NCBI GenBank assembly: GCA_030141605.1
Contig: JAQGDQ010001522.1
Coordinates: forward strand, 1-36,566
Reading direction: 5' to 3'
Source: Tubiluchus corallicola
Taxonomy: Eukaryota > Animalia > Priapulida
Length of the DNA: 36,566 nucleotides
Shown: in pieces, positions 1-12,693 of the stretch
Position numbering within the stretch: position 1 is the first letter of the stretch
Layout: the number at the start of each line of letters is the position of its first letter
Translations under genes and position numbers: made by a program
Notes under the pieces: model-generated
Told to the model about the DNA's origin: nothing
Database searches by the model: none
What the model saw: the letters and a program-made list of their open reading frames with translations, nothing else

Positions 1-953
1 TATACAGGATAATGGAGATATTGAGAGTACGAAGTATTCCCTTGGATTCTCTTGCACTCTTGGGCGACGAAATATGACTAGAACGATCTACAGTCCTGCA
101 TCCTCGGTAAATAGATTCAGTTAACTACTAGGTCGCGCTTGGAAGCTATAAGATATAAAGTTACTAACTTGTCATACTAATAAATACAAAGCATATTGTA
201 ACAGTGGTATACATAAACTGTTTAGTATATTACAATGCCATTCAGTTTGTTTAATATTAGCAGTAGTATCTGCCTCATTAAGATGTAAACGAAGTAATAA
301 GTGCCTTATACTTATATTGGCAAGTTACCTGTGTTCCCATTTTATAACTCTTTAATCAAATATTTCAAATTTGTTTTTTCCTACCTGACTTCTTACCGTC
401 ACTCCTACAAAGTTAACTTCCACAAAATCTGCAATTCTAAAATTTGTTTACAGTTTTTGTGGTCGCGTTTAATATTCCTTCTGATTCTCCTGCTATATTT
501 TCTACAAGCCTGCTGCAAGATGCTGGTACACTGAATTGTTCTGCATTGATTGATGTTGGTTTGTAGCTTGATCGATTAACTGAAGCTGAAATCCTAATCG
601 TGCTGTCAGTTTTGAGTAAAAACTCCGTCAGAAAGCGTACAAAGACTATCAAAGTTTTTCGTGCGTTTTCGATAAAGAGTACGCCATGCTATCTAATGGA
701 AAATCTGTCTGTAAACGAATCTTTAGCAATTGCGGATTTTCTTTCAGTTCAGAATAAGTATCAGAGAAGGTTGTATAATATGTTAATTATTAGCATCTGC
801 GAAACGGATCTAATGGTAGCCAAATAAATAAATGCATACACCTAAATGATGAAAGGAGTTTCCAGGAAAATAGTAAAAGAAGGAAGAGCAAACAAAAAAG
901 AAGGAAGAAGTTCCGAAAAATATACAAAAGCATAAAAAATCATAGAATCAAAT

Positions 954-1130
954 GTAGTAGTAGTGGCGGTGGCAGTAATAGTAGTAGTAGTAATAGTAGT
1001 GGTGGTGGTGGTGGTGGTGGTGGTGGTGGTGGTGGTGGTGGTGGTGGTGGTGGTCGTCGTTGTCGTTGTCATTATTGTTGTTGTTGTCGTCGTTGTCGTC
1101 CTCCTCCTCGTCGTCGTTATTGTTGCTGTA
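954..1130 (+). repeat. Compound trinucleotide microsatellite (GTA/GTG/GTC/GTT)
   Basis: Directly visible; it produces the poly-V/T/H ORFs. Confidence 0.97.
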
Positions 1131-4100
1131 CCAGTACCGCTTTTTTGATGAATTAACAGCAAACAAAAAAAGAAGAAGGAATAACAAACAAAAGAGTAAA
1201 AAAAGTCATAGAGGAAAGGCAGACAGGTAAAGTAAAAATGGCAAAAAGAAAGAAAGGTAAGAAAGAATGATTGGACAATGAAAAATCAATTGCATTACTT
1301 CACTGAATCTTTTTTTAGGATTCTGCGAAGTGTCAAAGAGGAATTTTTTATCTCGTTCCCTTATTATTGCTTGACGTAGCTATAGAATGTTGTAATCAGT
1401 GAACTTTCTCTAAGACATAAGCTGACACTCGTGAATTATTTAATTAAACAGCTCTAAATAATTAACTAATTAATAAAAGGTTTGTTACAAATTTCCTGCT
1501 TTTCTTTTGAACCAAGGACATCCTAGGTATCCATTCTACTAAATTTCAACTCAGTTGAATAAATATAACTATTTTTGGAGCTGAAAACGTGTAACACACA
1601 GAGTGAGTGAAAGAATGAAGAATTTAACAAATTTTTTCTAGGACACGAGCTAACGCTTGGAAGCGAACGAACCACTTTCTTGAGGCTTCTTCCTTGACCT
1701 GTTGGATGATTCGTTTTTATCTTTCTTATCCTTGTACTGGCTCGTTACATATTTTGCTTTGCGACGATTTAGCTCTCAACAAATTTATCACTCCTCACAA
1801 GACTAGGCATTTGCAAAATTAATTGCAGGTGAGTTTACAGAATGTAAAAACCAGAGAATTTGAAATTTAAATCCTCAGTATATTTTGCATCAGCAGGATT
1901 CAGAGTCGAAGGGTACAAGTTTTTCTACTGAAACGTAAAACGTATGCAGTTCTGCACTGGTAATGTCAGCAAAAAGCTTTCCTTCGTTTTGGTATTTAAG
2001 TGTTTCAGGCTTCATGGCGAAACAAAACCGACAGCATACCAGTCTTTTTAATTTTTTTTCACGCGCATTGAGTTAAAATTTACCTCACAAACATTGACAG
2101 CAGCATCAATATAAGTATAGAATGATTTTCCGTTTATTTAATTTAATCAACAATATTTACTAGTGCAAATAAATGGTCACTATAATAACTGTGAGAGAGC
2201 ATAAATACACGTAGGCGTACATTTAAAAGCAAAAATGCGACTGTAAGTTCAACAGAATCAATGACATAATTTTTTGAAAATTTATAATCAAAATAGTTTA
2301 ATAACTATTTTTATCCTGTCAAATATAAACCGTATAGCTGTTCAACATTGCAGTATGCGGCAAAGTGAAAAAGATCTCAAACGTATGAGCCTTCTTTATT
2401 AAGCGAATGATAATAAAGTAATGATAACACATAATAGTCTCTCTAATAATGAGAGAGAGAAAAAAAGGGGAGAAGCATTTCTAAAGCAAAATATTTGGTT
2501 AAATTTAAACCATTTTATGAGCTTTTAATAAGCTACATTTTTCATTACTGTCTTCTATACAAGAAGAATATCTAGGTGTCAGTTTTATTGATAAGGCTGT
2601 TGCTTGATGTGCGTAGACTTGGCAACAGCGCAGGGTGATAATACTGTAAGTGTACAACGCGAAGCCAGCTACGTGGAACAGGAGGTAACCAGGCGTTCTT
2701 ATTGATTTCCCTGTCGACAAACTAGAGAAATACAACATAATAGACAACTGATTGATTTTTACTCCTGGGGACAGTTGCAGTAATGAGCAAAGCAGCTCAA
2801 ATGCTGGAAATTCACCTCCTCCTGGGCTGAAGCCACACCCAATGAAACAGGATCATGGAGGGAGATTCTAACATTGAGAGAGTTGAATTCGTGCAGCAGC
2901 TTTGTGCTTGAGTTTTGCATTAGACTTTTTGTTAAGAAAAATAACGGTCAGTTTGAACGTTTGTCAATAATAGTGCACCGTTATCTCCTGTCGAGCATTT
3001 GTTCACCCTCTGGTCCATTCCCAGTTATCAGAATAGAATAGAACAGAAGTTTTTTTTAACGTGGAGCAAATTAAATTGTATACACCATATTTCCATAATG
3101 ATCCGTAGTATGTTAGTAGTAGTTGAAATAAAAAAAAACACAATACCTTAAAGGAAAAGCCAAGTCTCTCGGAAGTTAAGCTTATTTCATTGTTAGAGAA
3201 AAATGTTAGAAAATTTCAGCAATAAAATAGTGATAAGCGCCTCGAGTGATTAGTAGCATCACTAAAAAGTTGCAATTCCTTCATGCTTGGATACGCTCAT
3301 TTTGAAGGAAAAATAACGTCATCTGGTTGCCGTTCCAGATAAACACTTGTTCCGCCACGTACTTGAACACTACGAAGCTTTTTGCGACTATTATGAACTG
3401 CAGACAATTCAAAACGCTAAACGGGGGATTATTAATTTTGATTATTTTACCTTTTGAAGGAAATCCTGTTGCCCACTGTGTAATGAAAACAAGCTACAAT
3501 AATAATACTAACCTCCAACTCGGCTAGTTAACGCAGGCAAATTACCAGAATAATTATTTTAACAAGTTAAAAACTGCACTCTATAAGCTAAGTAAACTGC
3601 CCGGCACCTTCTGTGAGCTCGCAGCCTCGCAGAATTACATGATTATCTGCAATTATATAAAAATGGCGTCATTCGGTTATCCTGCAATATAAAAACTTAT
3701 CCCACCAGATGCTTGAGCAAACTTTTTTGCAGAAACAGTTACTATTATTAACTACAAACAATCCAAAACAGAATTAAACAAAAGTAAAAGTGAGGAAAAT
3801 ACTACGTCAGACAAATCGTAAAATACTTTGCAAAATTAGACATGGGCTAAAGCAAAAGTTTAACGAAATTAGATGATAAAAGTACTAACTCAGACCGGTT
3901 AAAGTTCTTCGCATAACTAATCATAAAAATTAAACAAAATTAGGCAAAAAACACTAAATTAGAAAAGTTATAAAACCCTTTAAAATTAGACATAAAAGCA
4001 AATATCAGTTTGTAAAAATTTCATTTAATAAATGTTGAAGTGTTTAAAGGAAAAAGCAACCCTTGCACAACGTTAATTGTATTTTAGTATGCGCTTAAAA

Positions 4101-4974
4101 ATACTAAAATTATTACATAATATTACGCGCATATAATGCCTTATTTAAAAATGCAAAAGGAATTTAGATCATTCGAATCAAACGATCCTCGCTGCCGGCA
4201 TATTTTAAAGAAAATAACGCGGAAGTTGGTAAACAACATGAAGGCACGCATAACAATTCTTTTGCACCTCACCCTGAAAATCCGCTATTCTAGCTAAATA
4301 AAATCTTGGTGTTTCAATGTGTTTATGTAAAAATTAGTCGTGGGATCAATTTGCAGAAGAGTAACTTTAAAAATGCTTACATAGCTTTAATCCACAGGAT
4401 TATACCACAAAATCATAAGTAGGTCACTACATAATATAATTACAAATAAGTATAGAATTTTGCGAATACACTGAACGTGCCAGGCGGTTTTATTAGCTTA
4501 CAGAGTTCAATTTTCGCTTGTTAAAATAATTATTCCGTTTCTGTGTCCGCGTTAACATGCCAAGTTGGAGATTATTATATTATCCTGGATAAGTGGTTTT
4601 CATTACATAAATGACATTGGGAATCATCAAAAAGCAAAAAATATTGATAATCTCTCGTTCAACATTTTGCATTGTTTGTAGTTGATAACAGTAAGTGTGG
4701 CTGCAAAAAATGTTCGCTCAAATTCCTGACCGGATAAGTGTTTATAATGCACGATAATCAGATGATGTCCATCTTCGGTCAAAATGAGCGCACTCAAGCT
4801 TGAATTGATTGTGACTTTAAATTGATTTTACTAATTTCACGAGACGCTTGTCGCAATTTTATTGCTGGAAGTTTCTAACATTTTTCTCAAATATTAAAAT
4901 AAGTTCAACTTCCCAAGAGGCTTGGCTTTTGCTTTAATTATTACATTAACACCTAAAGACCTTTGTGACACATA

Positions 4975-5717
4975 TTATACAAATTAAATTTTATTTGCTT
5001 TAAAGAGTCCTTAAATCTTACATGTTTATCTACGTTGTTATGAATCGCAGCCCCACTGTATCGTACCACAGAATTTCCCGTATCACTTATTCGTTTGGGT
5101 AAACATTGCTGGCCAACAGAGGACTGTCTTGTATTATGTCCTGATTTTTATATTAAATTTTCTTCTAATGTTGGCAAGCATGGTGCTATCATAGTGCGTC
5201 TTCTACGATTGAACTTAGTTCTGGTCCTAATATAATTATTGCTGTTCACTTTTATTGACTGATTATATTATTTATATTTTCTCTATCACTAGTATTTCGC
5301 CAAATAGTGGAGAAATAGATTAGGTGCTGCAACACTGTCGCATTGTACAGCAATTTTATCAACGATTTATTAATGTAGGGTCTACGTTGCTTCGCAGTTT
5401 ACACAAGTTTTCTTGCCAAGAGCAAAGTTTTCTCATCGACTATGATGCCTAATAATTTTTCGCTGTGCATTTTTCTGGTGTTTAATCATCTAACTCGAAT
5501 GTTTAAACTGCACTTTTCTGCACAGGCACTTTTTTGTTGACTACAAACAACCATTGTTTTTGTTTTTGCGTACATTTATAAATATATTATTGTCGACCAT
5601 CAACTGATTCACATTTTCTGCATCTGTATATAGATTAGATTGAATTTTTCTATTTTGGCATTACTTGTGTAAACTGTACTATCATCAGCGTACATTCAAC
5701 TCTGTTAACTTTCGTTG
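4975..5717 (-). mobile_element. Degenerate non-LTR retrotransposon (CR1/L2-like) RT 3' fragment
   Basis: Minus strand reads MYADDSTVY (YADD at 5681-5692), then in order with frameshifts KTKTMVV, KLLGIIVDEK..SWQ, HNTRQ and VRYSGAAIHNNV..SLKQIK, as expected for LINE RT and its C-terminus. Confidence 0.8.
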
Positions 5718-5785
5718 TTAGAAACTCACAATTAATTAAACTTTTATACCAAATTAGAAAGAGAAGAAATGTGAAACAAATGATT

Positions 5786-5860
5786 GAAATGTAGCCTGAA
5801 TTTGAACCAAGCCTTTCTGCTTACAAGCAGACACCTTGAACTAATTGGCTACCGCATTCC
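5786..5860 (-). pseudogene. tRNA-like sequence (tRNA pseudogene or SINE-type head; TGT/GTA-like anticodon loop)
   Basis: GGAATGCGG-TAGCCAATTAGTTCAAGGT-G-TCTGC TTGTAA GCAGA-AAGG-CTTGG TTCAAAT TCAGG-CTACATTTC folds as a cloverleaf with A-box- and B-box-like motifs. The anticodon loop is only 6 nt, so it is probably not a functional tRNA. Confidence 0.6.
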
Positions 5861-6048
5861 TTGTGATCAAGGTAGTCTAATGTTCATCCCTTTTACCTGG
5901 GCAACCGAATTCAGCATTTCCAATGTTAGATCACTCACACTAGATAAGCCAGTTATAAGGGATTAACTTTGGTGTGCCTTTACCTCTGGGGGAATGTAGT
6001 GGCCTATAGGTCCAAGGTCCCAGCAATTTAAGCACAAGATCAGCCTAG

Positions 6049-6096
6049 CCCTAACCCTAACCCTAACCCTAACAACCCTAACCCTAACACTAACCC
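6049..6096 (+). repeat. Interstitial telomeric-type (CCCTAA)n repeat, about 7 imperfect units
   Basis: ccctaaccctaaccctaaccctaacaaccctaaccctaacactaaccc. Confidence 0.85.
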
Positions 6097-6887
6097 GCTT
6101 TTGCACATTTCCTGTCTTTCAAGTTTAGGATCAAAATTTAATTAATTGTTGTGGGTATGCAACATTATTAATTGCTAATTATTAACGTTATTGTTTCTAC
6201 ATCTTGAACTTTAGCTTATAACAATATGATAACTTTCGTTTGAAATTCACAGCTATTCGTTCCAGCTACCCTGTTAGACCATCAATGTGTGTTCAAGTGA
6301 TATCTGGAAGGAAGTAAAAATATCTTGTCGTTTCGTGGTATTTTATACTAAGGTGTTATATGATACTCAACTAGCTTCTTATTTGTAATACTGGGTAGCG
6401 TAATTAAGACGAATTCGGCGAAAAACAGAAAACTTATAGATCTAATAAGTGAAAGCCAGTTTTTGCCGCAAATGATGTCTGGTGATTAAACCTATTTCAG
6501 GCTATTAGCTACACGTGCGTTGTAATTAATGGCTTGTAGCGCCATGTTAAATCATTTGTCATTGCTAAGAGACTCGCGTGACATGAGGCGCTATGCGCTT
6601 TTCACAGTCCACTCACGTTAAATCACGCCTATTGATTTGAATAGGCTTAAATGTACAGGCGAAATTCTTGTTACAAGTCGGTAACACTAACCAAAAAGAA
6701 AAAGCAATGAACGTATATATTCTTTAAGAACGTAAAAAATAAAGAATAAAATGAAAAAAATGAAGAATAAAGAAAAGGAAAAGAAACCAATGCAAAACGA
6801 AAGAAAGCTAAATTGCTAAAAAAAGGAAAAAGAATGGAAGAAACAAAAACACGAAATGAGGGAAGGTCGGGTGAGAAAGAGTGATTG

Positions 6888-7263
<376 letters not shown>

Positions 7264-7939
7264 AAAAGCAAACAAACAAACAAAACAGAAACTGCATAAG
7301 AAAGAAAAAGTCAAAAGTAATTTAAAACAGCTTGATATAAACTACAAAACTATATAACAAATACTCAAGCAAACAAAAATAAAATCCACAATAATTAAAC
7401 TATTAATTCAAGCTACGTAGTGAAAAATTAAATGAGCGAATGAAAAAGTAACGAATGAAAAACAAACGACAGTTTAGTAGTTTAGCGTAAAAACGCGCTT
7501 CAGTGTAAGTTCATAAAAGCAATTATAATTTTCTTGCAGTTTCTCTAATCACTAAATGGCTTCAGCAAACGGCTTCATGAGGAACGTTGGCTAATTTGCG
7601 TTAACTCTCTATGAAGCCGCCGTCAAAGTTGGAAAATTGTGCAGTTTATTAGCTAGTTTAGTAAGTTTACGACTGTTACTGCGAGCTTTGACAGTTTATT
7701 GGCGTTTTTATTTCTAATCTAAAATCTGCTGCCTCGTCTAACGAGCAACTATATTGGGAAAAGAGTGATTTTACTGAAACTGAAAACGTGACAGTAGTTG
7801 AACCTAATTAGCACTTAAATGTATGAAACCAAATAACCCCTAGTGCCCATGAAGTGTATAACAATATACATAAAAGCCAGCATTTTTATACAGTTCACTG
7901 CAAGCTGGTATTTAGCACTGAATAGTAGGACTCGCTGGT

Positions 7940-8060
7940 TCATTCAACACATAAGTTACACAACAGAAGAAACAAACTGAGAGAAAAGGGGCAAAATACA
8001 TGGTCCACCAGCGCCAACAACAATTATAACAGCATCACCGCGAAGTAGACCTCTTCATAG
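7940..8060 (+). other. Candidate 5' UTR exon of the Ly6 gene (start uncertain)
   Basis: The ATG exon begins directly after an acceptor, so an upstream exon is expected. Donor AG|GTTAGT at 8061 gives a 109-nt intron. An Inr-like TCATTC lies at about 7940. Confidence 0.4.
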
Positions 8061-8170
8061 GTTAGTTCGCAAACGAGTAATCAAAACCATTCCGGTCACT
8101 TTAGTAAGAAAATCTAAGCTTTGTAAGAAAAACAAACATATTTATTTTTGTCTGTTTATTTGTTGACAGG

Positions 8171-8252
8171 ATGGACAAGCGAGTAACGGAATTTTATCTG
8201 GGTTGTTTACTCACTCTCATGTTTGCAGTCTGCGTTGTTGATGTACAATCCG
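8171..8252 (+). CDS. Ly6/uPAR (three-finger, quiver/sleepless-like superfamily) protein, coding exon 1 (signal peptide)
   Basis: Acceptor ttgacAG at 8168-8169 and ATG at 8171. Translation MDKRVTEFYLGCLLTLMFAVCVVDVQS is signal-peptide-like. Phase-1 donor G|GTACGT at 8253 fits the phase of exon 2. Confidence 0.8.
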
Positions 8253-11200
8253 GTACGTATTTTCAAGCAGCTAGAGTCGAACTAACAAAAATACGACAGT
8301 CTGTAAATGCCACGTAATGCTTGGGAAAAACCCGAACACATCTTCCTTTATAACAGTGACACACTATCGTCACCCCGGCTACAATTCGATATTGACAATT
8401 TGACACATTACTAACTCTAGTTAGTTCAAATTGTCCCCAACCACACGACGAAAACCATATGTGCATGCGTTAAACTGTGTTACAAGAGTGTCGGTATGAC
8501 AAAGCAGTACTTTAATCGCAACTGAAACGTAAACTAGTGACTGTAATTTACCCTTCATTTCACAATTAGGTCAACTGAGCCAGCTCCAATCAAACGAGTG
8601 GCATTACCCTGAAATGCTGGTTACGAGATCGTATGATAATTGTTGCCTGTCGTTATGTGGGCAAATATTGCCAGGTATTTCAAATGTGCCGTCAACTTGT
8701 TCTTTTGCAGATGTTTCACGGCAACATCACAGTAGCGATGCAGATATCTGTTCATCCGATAATGCCGTAAAACAGTGTATCATATCTTTTAACTGCCCAC
8801 GTAAAATGAGGCATAAATAACTTAAGTCAGAAACCAGAAACAGTATACCAAGTAATGCAAGTATTTGCAACACTTTTACTCCTGTAGTATTTTGTAAACA
8901 ACCTTGTGTGTATCTTGTGCGCATTTAGCAGCAATTCGTAAAGTTTTAATTTAGACAACTCTTGACTCAGTTAGCAAGCAATGATTTAAAAGTCGAAAAC
9001 AGCTAATAAATAACATTTATGGGAGCCTTATCAAGTTCTCACAAACTTATTAAAGAAAAAAAGAAGGGTGTTGAAAAATGCTTGACATGTAGCTCTTCTT
9101 GTAACTGATCTGTCTGACATACACACTCAGCTTGTCCTATATGGATGAAAACTTCAATCAGCTAGCGTCGAAGTGCATTATATCAGTGCCAGTTTACCCG
9201 TACATTCTATCCAGTCCTTCAACATTTCTACCCCTCTTTTTTGTTAAGCTGGACGATTTTTGCTTTAAGTGAGTTGCTTATATCCTTTGCATATCCTAAA
9301 GCTTACGAAGTTTATTTTACCTAAAGTAATCTTAAGTTCTCAACAAGTATGTTAAGCTCTAGTGATAAGCCCTCCTGGTAGAATATATCCCCTCTTGAAT
9401 TATGTCAACGCTTGTTGGGTCTCAACAGCTTTCGCAATTAGTTTGGCTGGCTTCTTGAGCTTCATTTCTGCACATTCCAGCAACAATTTGGACAGATGTA
9501 GAGCCATGGTGACATTCAACAGTACCACTAGTTTGAATTGCATGAGTTTTTTGCGTGAAATTCAGCACCGTGCGGTTCCAGTGACTGTATAGTAAACATC
9601 TTTTCCCTCGGGTTATTTTTATCAATAACACGCAAACATTACTTTTGCGCATGGTTATTTTTGCCACTATTATTTTTTACAGTTCGGCTAACATAAGATT
9701 ACTTTAGACGCACTGCATTCTTTACGATTCGTTAACTCTTTTAAAATCGGGCATTTCGTCACCAAAATAATACCCGGCTGCAGTATGACTCCAAGAGCAA
9801 CTTTAGTGATCACCTATACATTTACTCATCAGGTTCAGTGCTGCTCAGCTTTATGTAGCCAATCAAATCAGCTCTTCCCCCAATTTCGTTCCCGACATCA
9901 TACCTAAATAATTGGCATGGCTCCACCCTTCCGCCTATGAAAAATTAAGATAACTCCTCCTTGTTCAACCAGAATGGTGAGTTTAAAGCTATGTTCTCAA
10001 GGTCACTGTCTATTTGTGCAATGAAATCGCAGGATGAGTTTAAGTTGTTTGCCATTTCCAGATGATGGCATAATGTGCACAAATTATATCTTGGTACACG
10101 GCGGAACCTTTGAAAATGGAATTTCGCACCCCCGAGTCATGTTCATGGCGAAAGAAGCCGACGAAAAAGTTAGTCCCACAAAGCCACCCAGAAGAATAGT
10201 GCCAGGGGTGTTTTGTCAAGTTCTAGCCTAGATGTTATCAATTCATCGGCGAAACCAACCAAACGTGATGCATTAAGGGATGCTGACCATCAGGTCAATG
10301 GTGCAGAAATTTGAAAATTCTATAATGAGTAGCCAAAAAACGAAGAACGTTGTAATTTGCACCAGAAAAGTTACTTAGCATTTATGTTACCACATATGCG
10401 GCTTCATTTTGAATGTCTAAATCCTCAAGAAGAACTTGCTGAATAGGTTCAGTGAAATCCGTATACCTAACAACATCCACCGTCCAAATTTCAGTTGGCT
10501 AACTGCAAAATATGTCATTTTTTTTAAATTATACGTTAGATACACACGTCATTTCGGTTCACCTCCAAGGAAGAGTGTCTAGGCAAAGATGGCTGTGATC
10601 TTTCCTAATACTTCGATTCGACTAAAAATTCTTGAAATTGAAAGAGTGCGTTTTCGTTGCGTAGATCTTCAACTTTGCCTCTGATTTTCTCCAGCAAGGG
10701 GTCACTTAAACTGCTCTACCGTGTACAACATACAGATTGCCCTTTTAAACAAGAGGGCTTGTTAATGACAAGCTTGGAAAAACTTTGAAATGTAAAAATC
10801 GAAAAGAAAAGACCCCAGCAAGATCGGATATGAACAGAAGGCTAGTCTATAGCTATTGAATCATTTATTAAAGTGAGATCCAAGTCTGTGTGTCTGTTGA
10901 CTTATTAACTCTGTAATTTCAAGAATTTCATAATTGTTTATTGTTTGCCATTATTTCGTAACCTGAAATTAAGACTATCTATTATTAATTACGCTACTAA
11001 AGCTGTATTGAAGTTCTCTTGAAATTCTGCCTGTTACTTATTACGACATAAAACCTTATTTCTACTCGCAAAAACTTCCAATAGCATAAAGTAACTGTAG
11101 TTGCGTCAAGCTTTTAGCAGGTAGCTTAATAAGTTTGTAAATAGAGTACTTGATAAGAAAATGACTTAGATTTAATTTCCATTTGTTTTTTTATCGCCTT

Positions 11201-11347
11201 TGATTGGGTTCAAACAGGATTGTACATTTAAGATACTTTGTAGTATAAAAGCAGCCCTAATACTATAAAATCAGTATTATAAATTGTCAACAAACCAATT
11301 TGCAACTGTTTTAATAAAACCTTTAACGACATTTGATTGTATTTTAG

Positions 11348-11524
11348 CATCATCAATAGACTGTTACGTGTGTGCTTCATTTGATGGCGATAACCCGCAA
11401 TGTGACGATCCATTCAATACCAACTACACCAACACCTTCCTTGTTACCAGCTGCAAAAGCAGTCGGAAAAACAGAAATGGAGTCTTCCCCGCCTCAGCTT
11501 GTATAAAAGTAGCTGGAAAATATG
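11348..11524 (+). CDS. Ly6/uPAR three-finger protein, coding exon 2 (N-terminal half of LU domain)
   Basis: Acceptor ttttAG at 11346-11347 and donor G|GTAAGT at 11525. Translation (A)SSIDCYVCASFDGDNPQCDDPFNTNYTNTFLVTSCKSSRKNRNGVFPASACIKVAGKY carries the IxCYxC...CxDPF motif of invertebrate Ly6 proteins. Confidence 0.92.
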
Positions 11525-11631
11525 GTAAGTTTCTGTAAAAAATACATTAACTTTTGTCAATTAATTGGTCGATCGTTGTTTTAATCAGCTGATCTGTAAA
11601 ATCTGTGCTACACACAAATTAAATAAGCAAT

Positions 11632-11673
11632 ACACACGCACACGCGCACGCCCACCCACACACACACACACAC

Positions 11674-11711
<38 letters not shown>

Positions 11712-11749
11712 CACACACACACAGATATATATATATATATATATATATA
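11632..11749 (+). repeat. (CA)n followed by (TA)n microsatellite
   Basis: Directly visible. Confidence 0.97.
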
Positions 11750-12020
11750 ATGTAAAATGTAAAAGAGAACTGTCTGGAATTTCAAAACACGTGTTTTGTC
11801 GTAAAACAGCAAGAAAAGGCTGAGATATAGGAAATTGTTTACAATTTAAAAAACTGCTTCTTCAGTGTAGAAACTATCATCGTGAAGCCATCAACGCCGC
11901 CATGTGGCAGTCAGGTGAAACTACTGTGTCTTATTTACACAATACAAACAGTACAAGTTATGCTTTAAATTCAACTTTTTCACTTTATTAATTTTAAACA
12001 CAAACTGCGTAAAAATTCTT

Positions 12021-12110
<90 letters not shown>
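12021..12110 (+). repeat. (GA)n microsatellite
   Basis: Directly visible. Confidence 0.98.
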
Positions 12111-12114
<4 letters not shown>

Positions 12115-12624
12115 TTTTGTGTTTTCATGAATTACTGTTCAATGATTTATATTAATTAATCAGCTTCCATAAGCCAGGTCTTATAATTATGATGAGCACC
12201 TTGCCACGGTCATCACTTTTACGAACCAATATATACAGAACTTATTAATGCAGTGTTTGCAACGTCTCTGCTTGTTATTTCCAAGTAATTTCGATATTAT
12301 TTATATATTTTTGCAGGAATTACAAGAATTTGCGCTAATATCTCTACATTTTAGTAGTTGAACATCTAACAAAACGATATTATTTACGACAACAACGACA
12401 ACAATAGCAAAAGTAAACCCGAATAAAGGTTACTCCCGGCGATTTTATAAATTGGCGTTAATGTCAGTCTTAAGTCACCTTGGTGCGACATTCTGAATAC
12501 CCGATTTATTATCGAGTTTTAGCTACAGTCGATTATCCAAGAGCGCAGCAAAGTGTGAACATAACCTCAATTCTGAAAGAAGTAGAAAACACAAATTATA
12601 ATTATGAGCTAAGCTGTGAAACGT

Positions 12625-12693
12625 CATTAAATGAAGTTGGCAAGGAATATTATAGACCACATTAAATGAAGTTGGCAAGGAATATTATAGACC
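12625..12693 (+). repeat. 35-bp tandem duplication
   Basis: cattaaatgaagttggcaaggaatattatagacc occurs at 12625 and 12660. Confidence 0.95.

Larger units (their letters stand above)
5719..6161. mobile_element. MITE-like inverted-repeat element containing tRNA-like cassettes
   Basis: 5725-5776 (ctcacaattaattaaacttttataccaaattagaaagagaagaaatgtg) is an imperfect inverted copy of about 6100-6155. 5833-5860 and 5991-6018 are also inverted copies (21/28 identical by eye). Related copies at 30216-30470 and 29630-29810. Confidence 0.65.

Noticed and set aside
842-1187. Poly-T, poly-H and poly-V ORFs
   Set aside because: Artefacts of the compound microsatellite.
5786-5860. Functional tRNA gene
   Set aside because: The anticodon loop is 6 nt, the D-loop GG is missing, the stems have mismatches, and the unit is embedded in a repeated element.
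6049-6096. True chromosome end
   Set aside because: The tract is short, imperfect and flanked by ordinary sequence on both sides.
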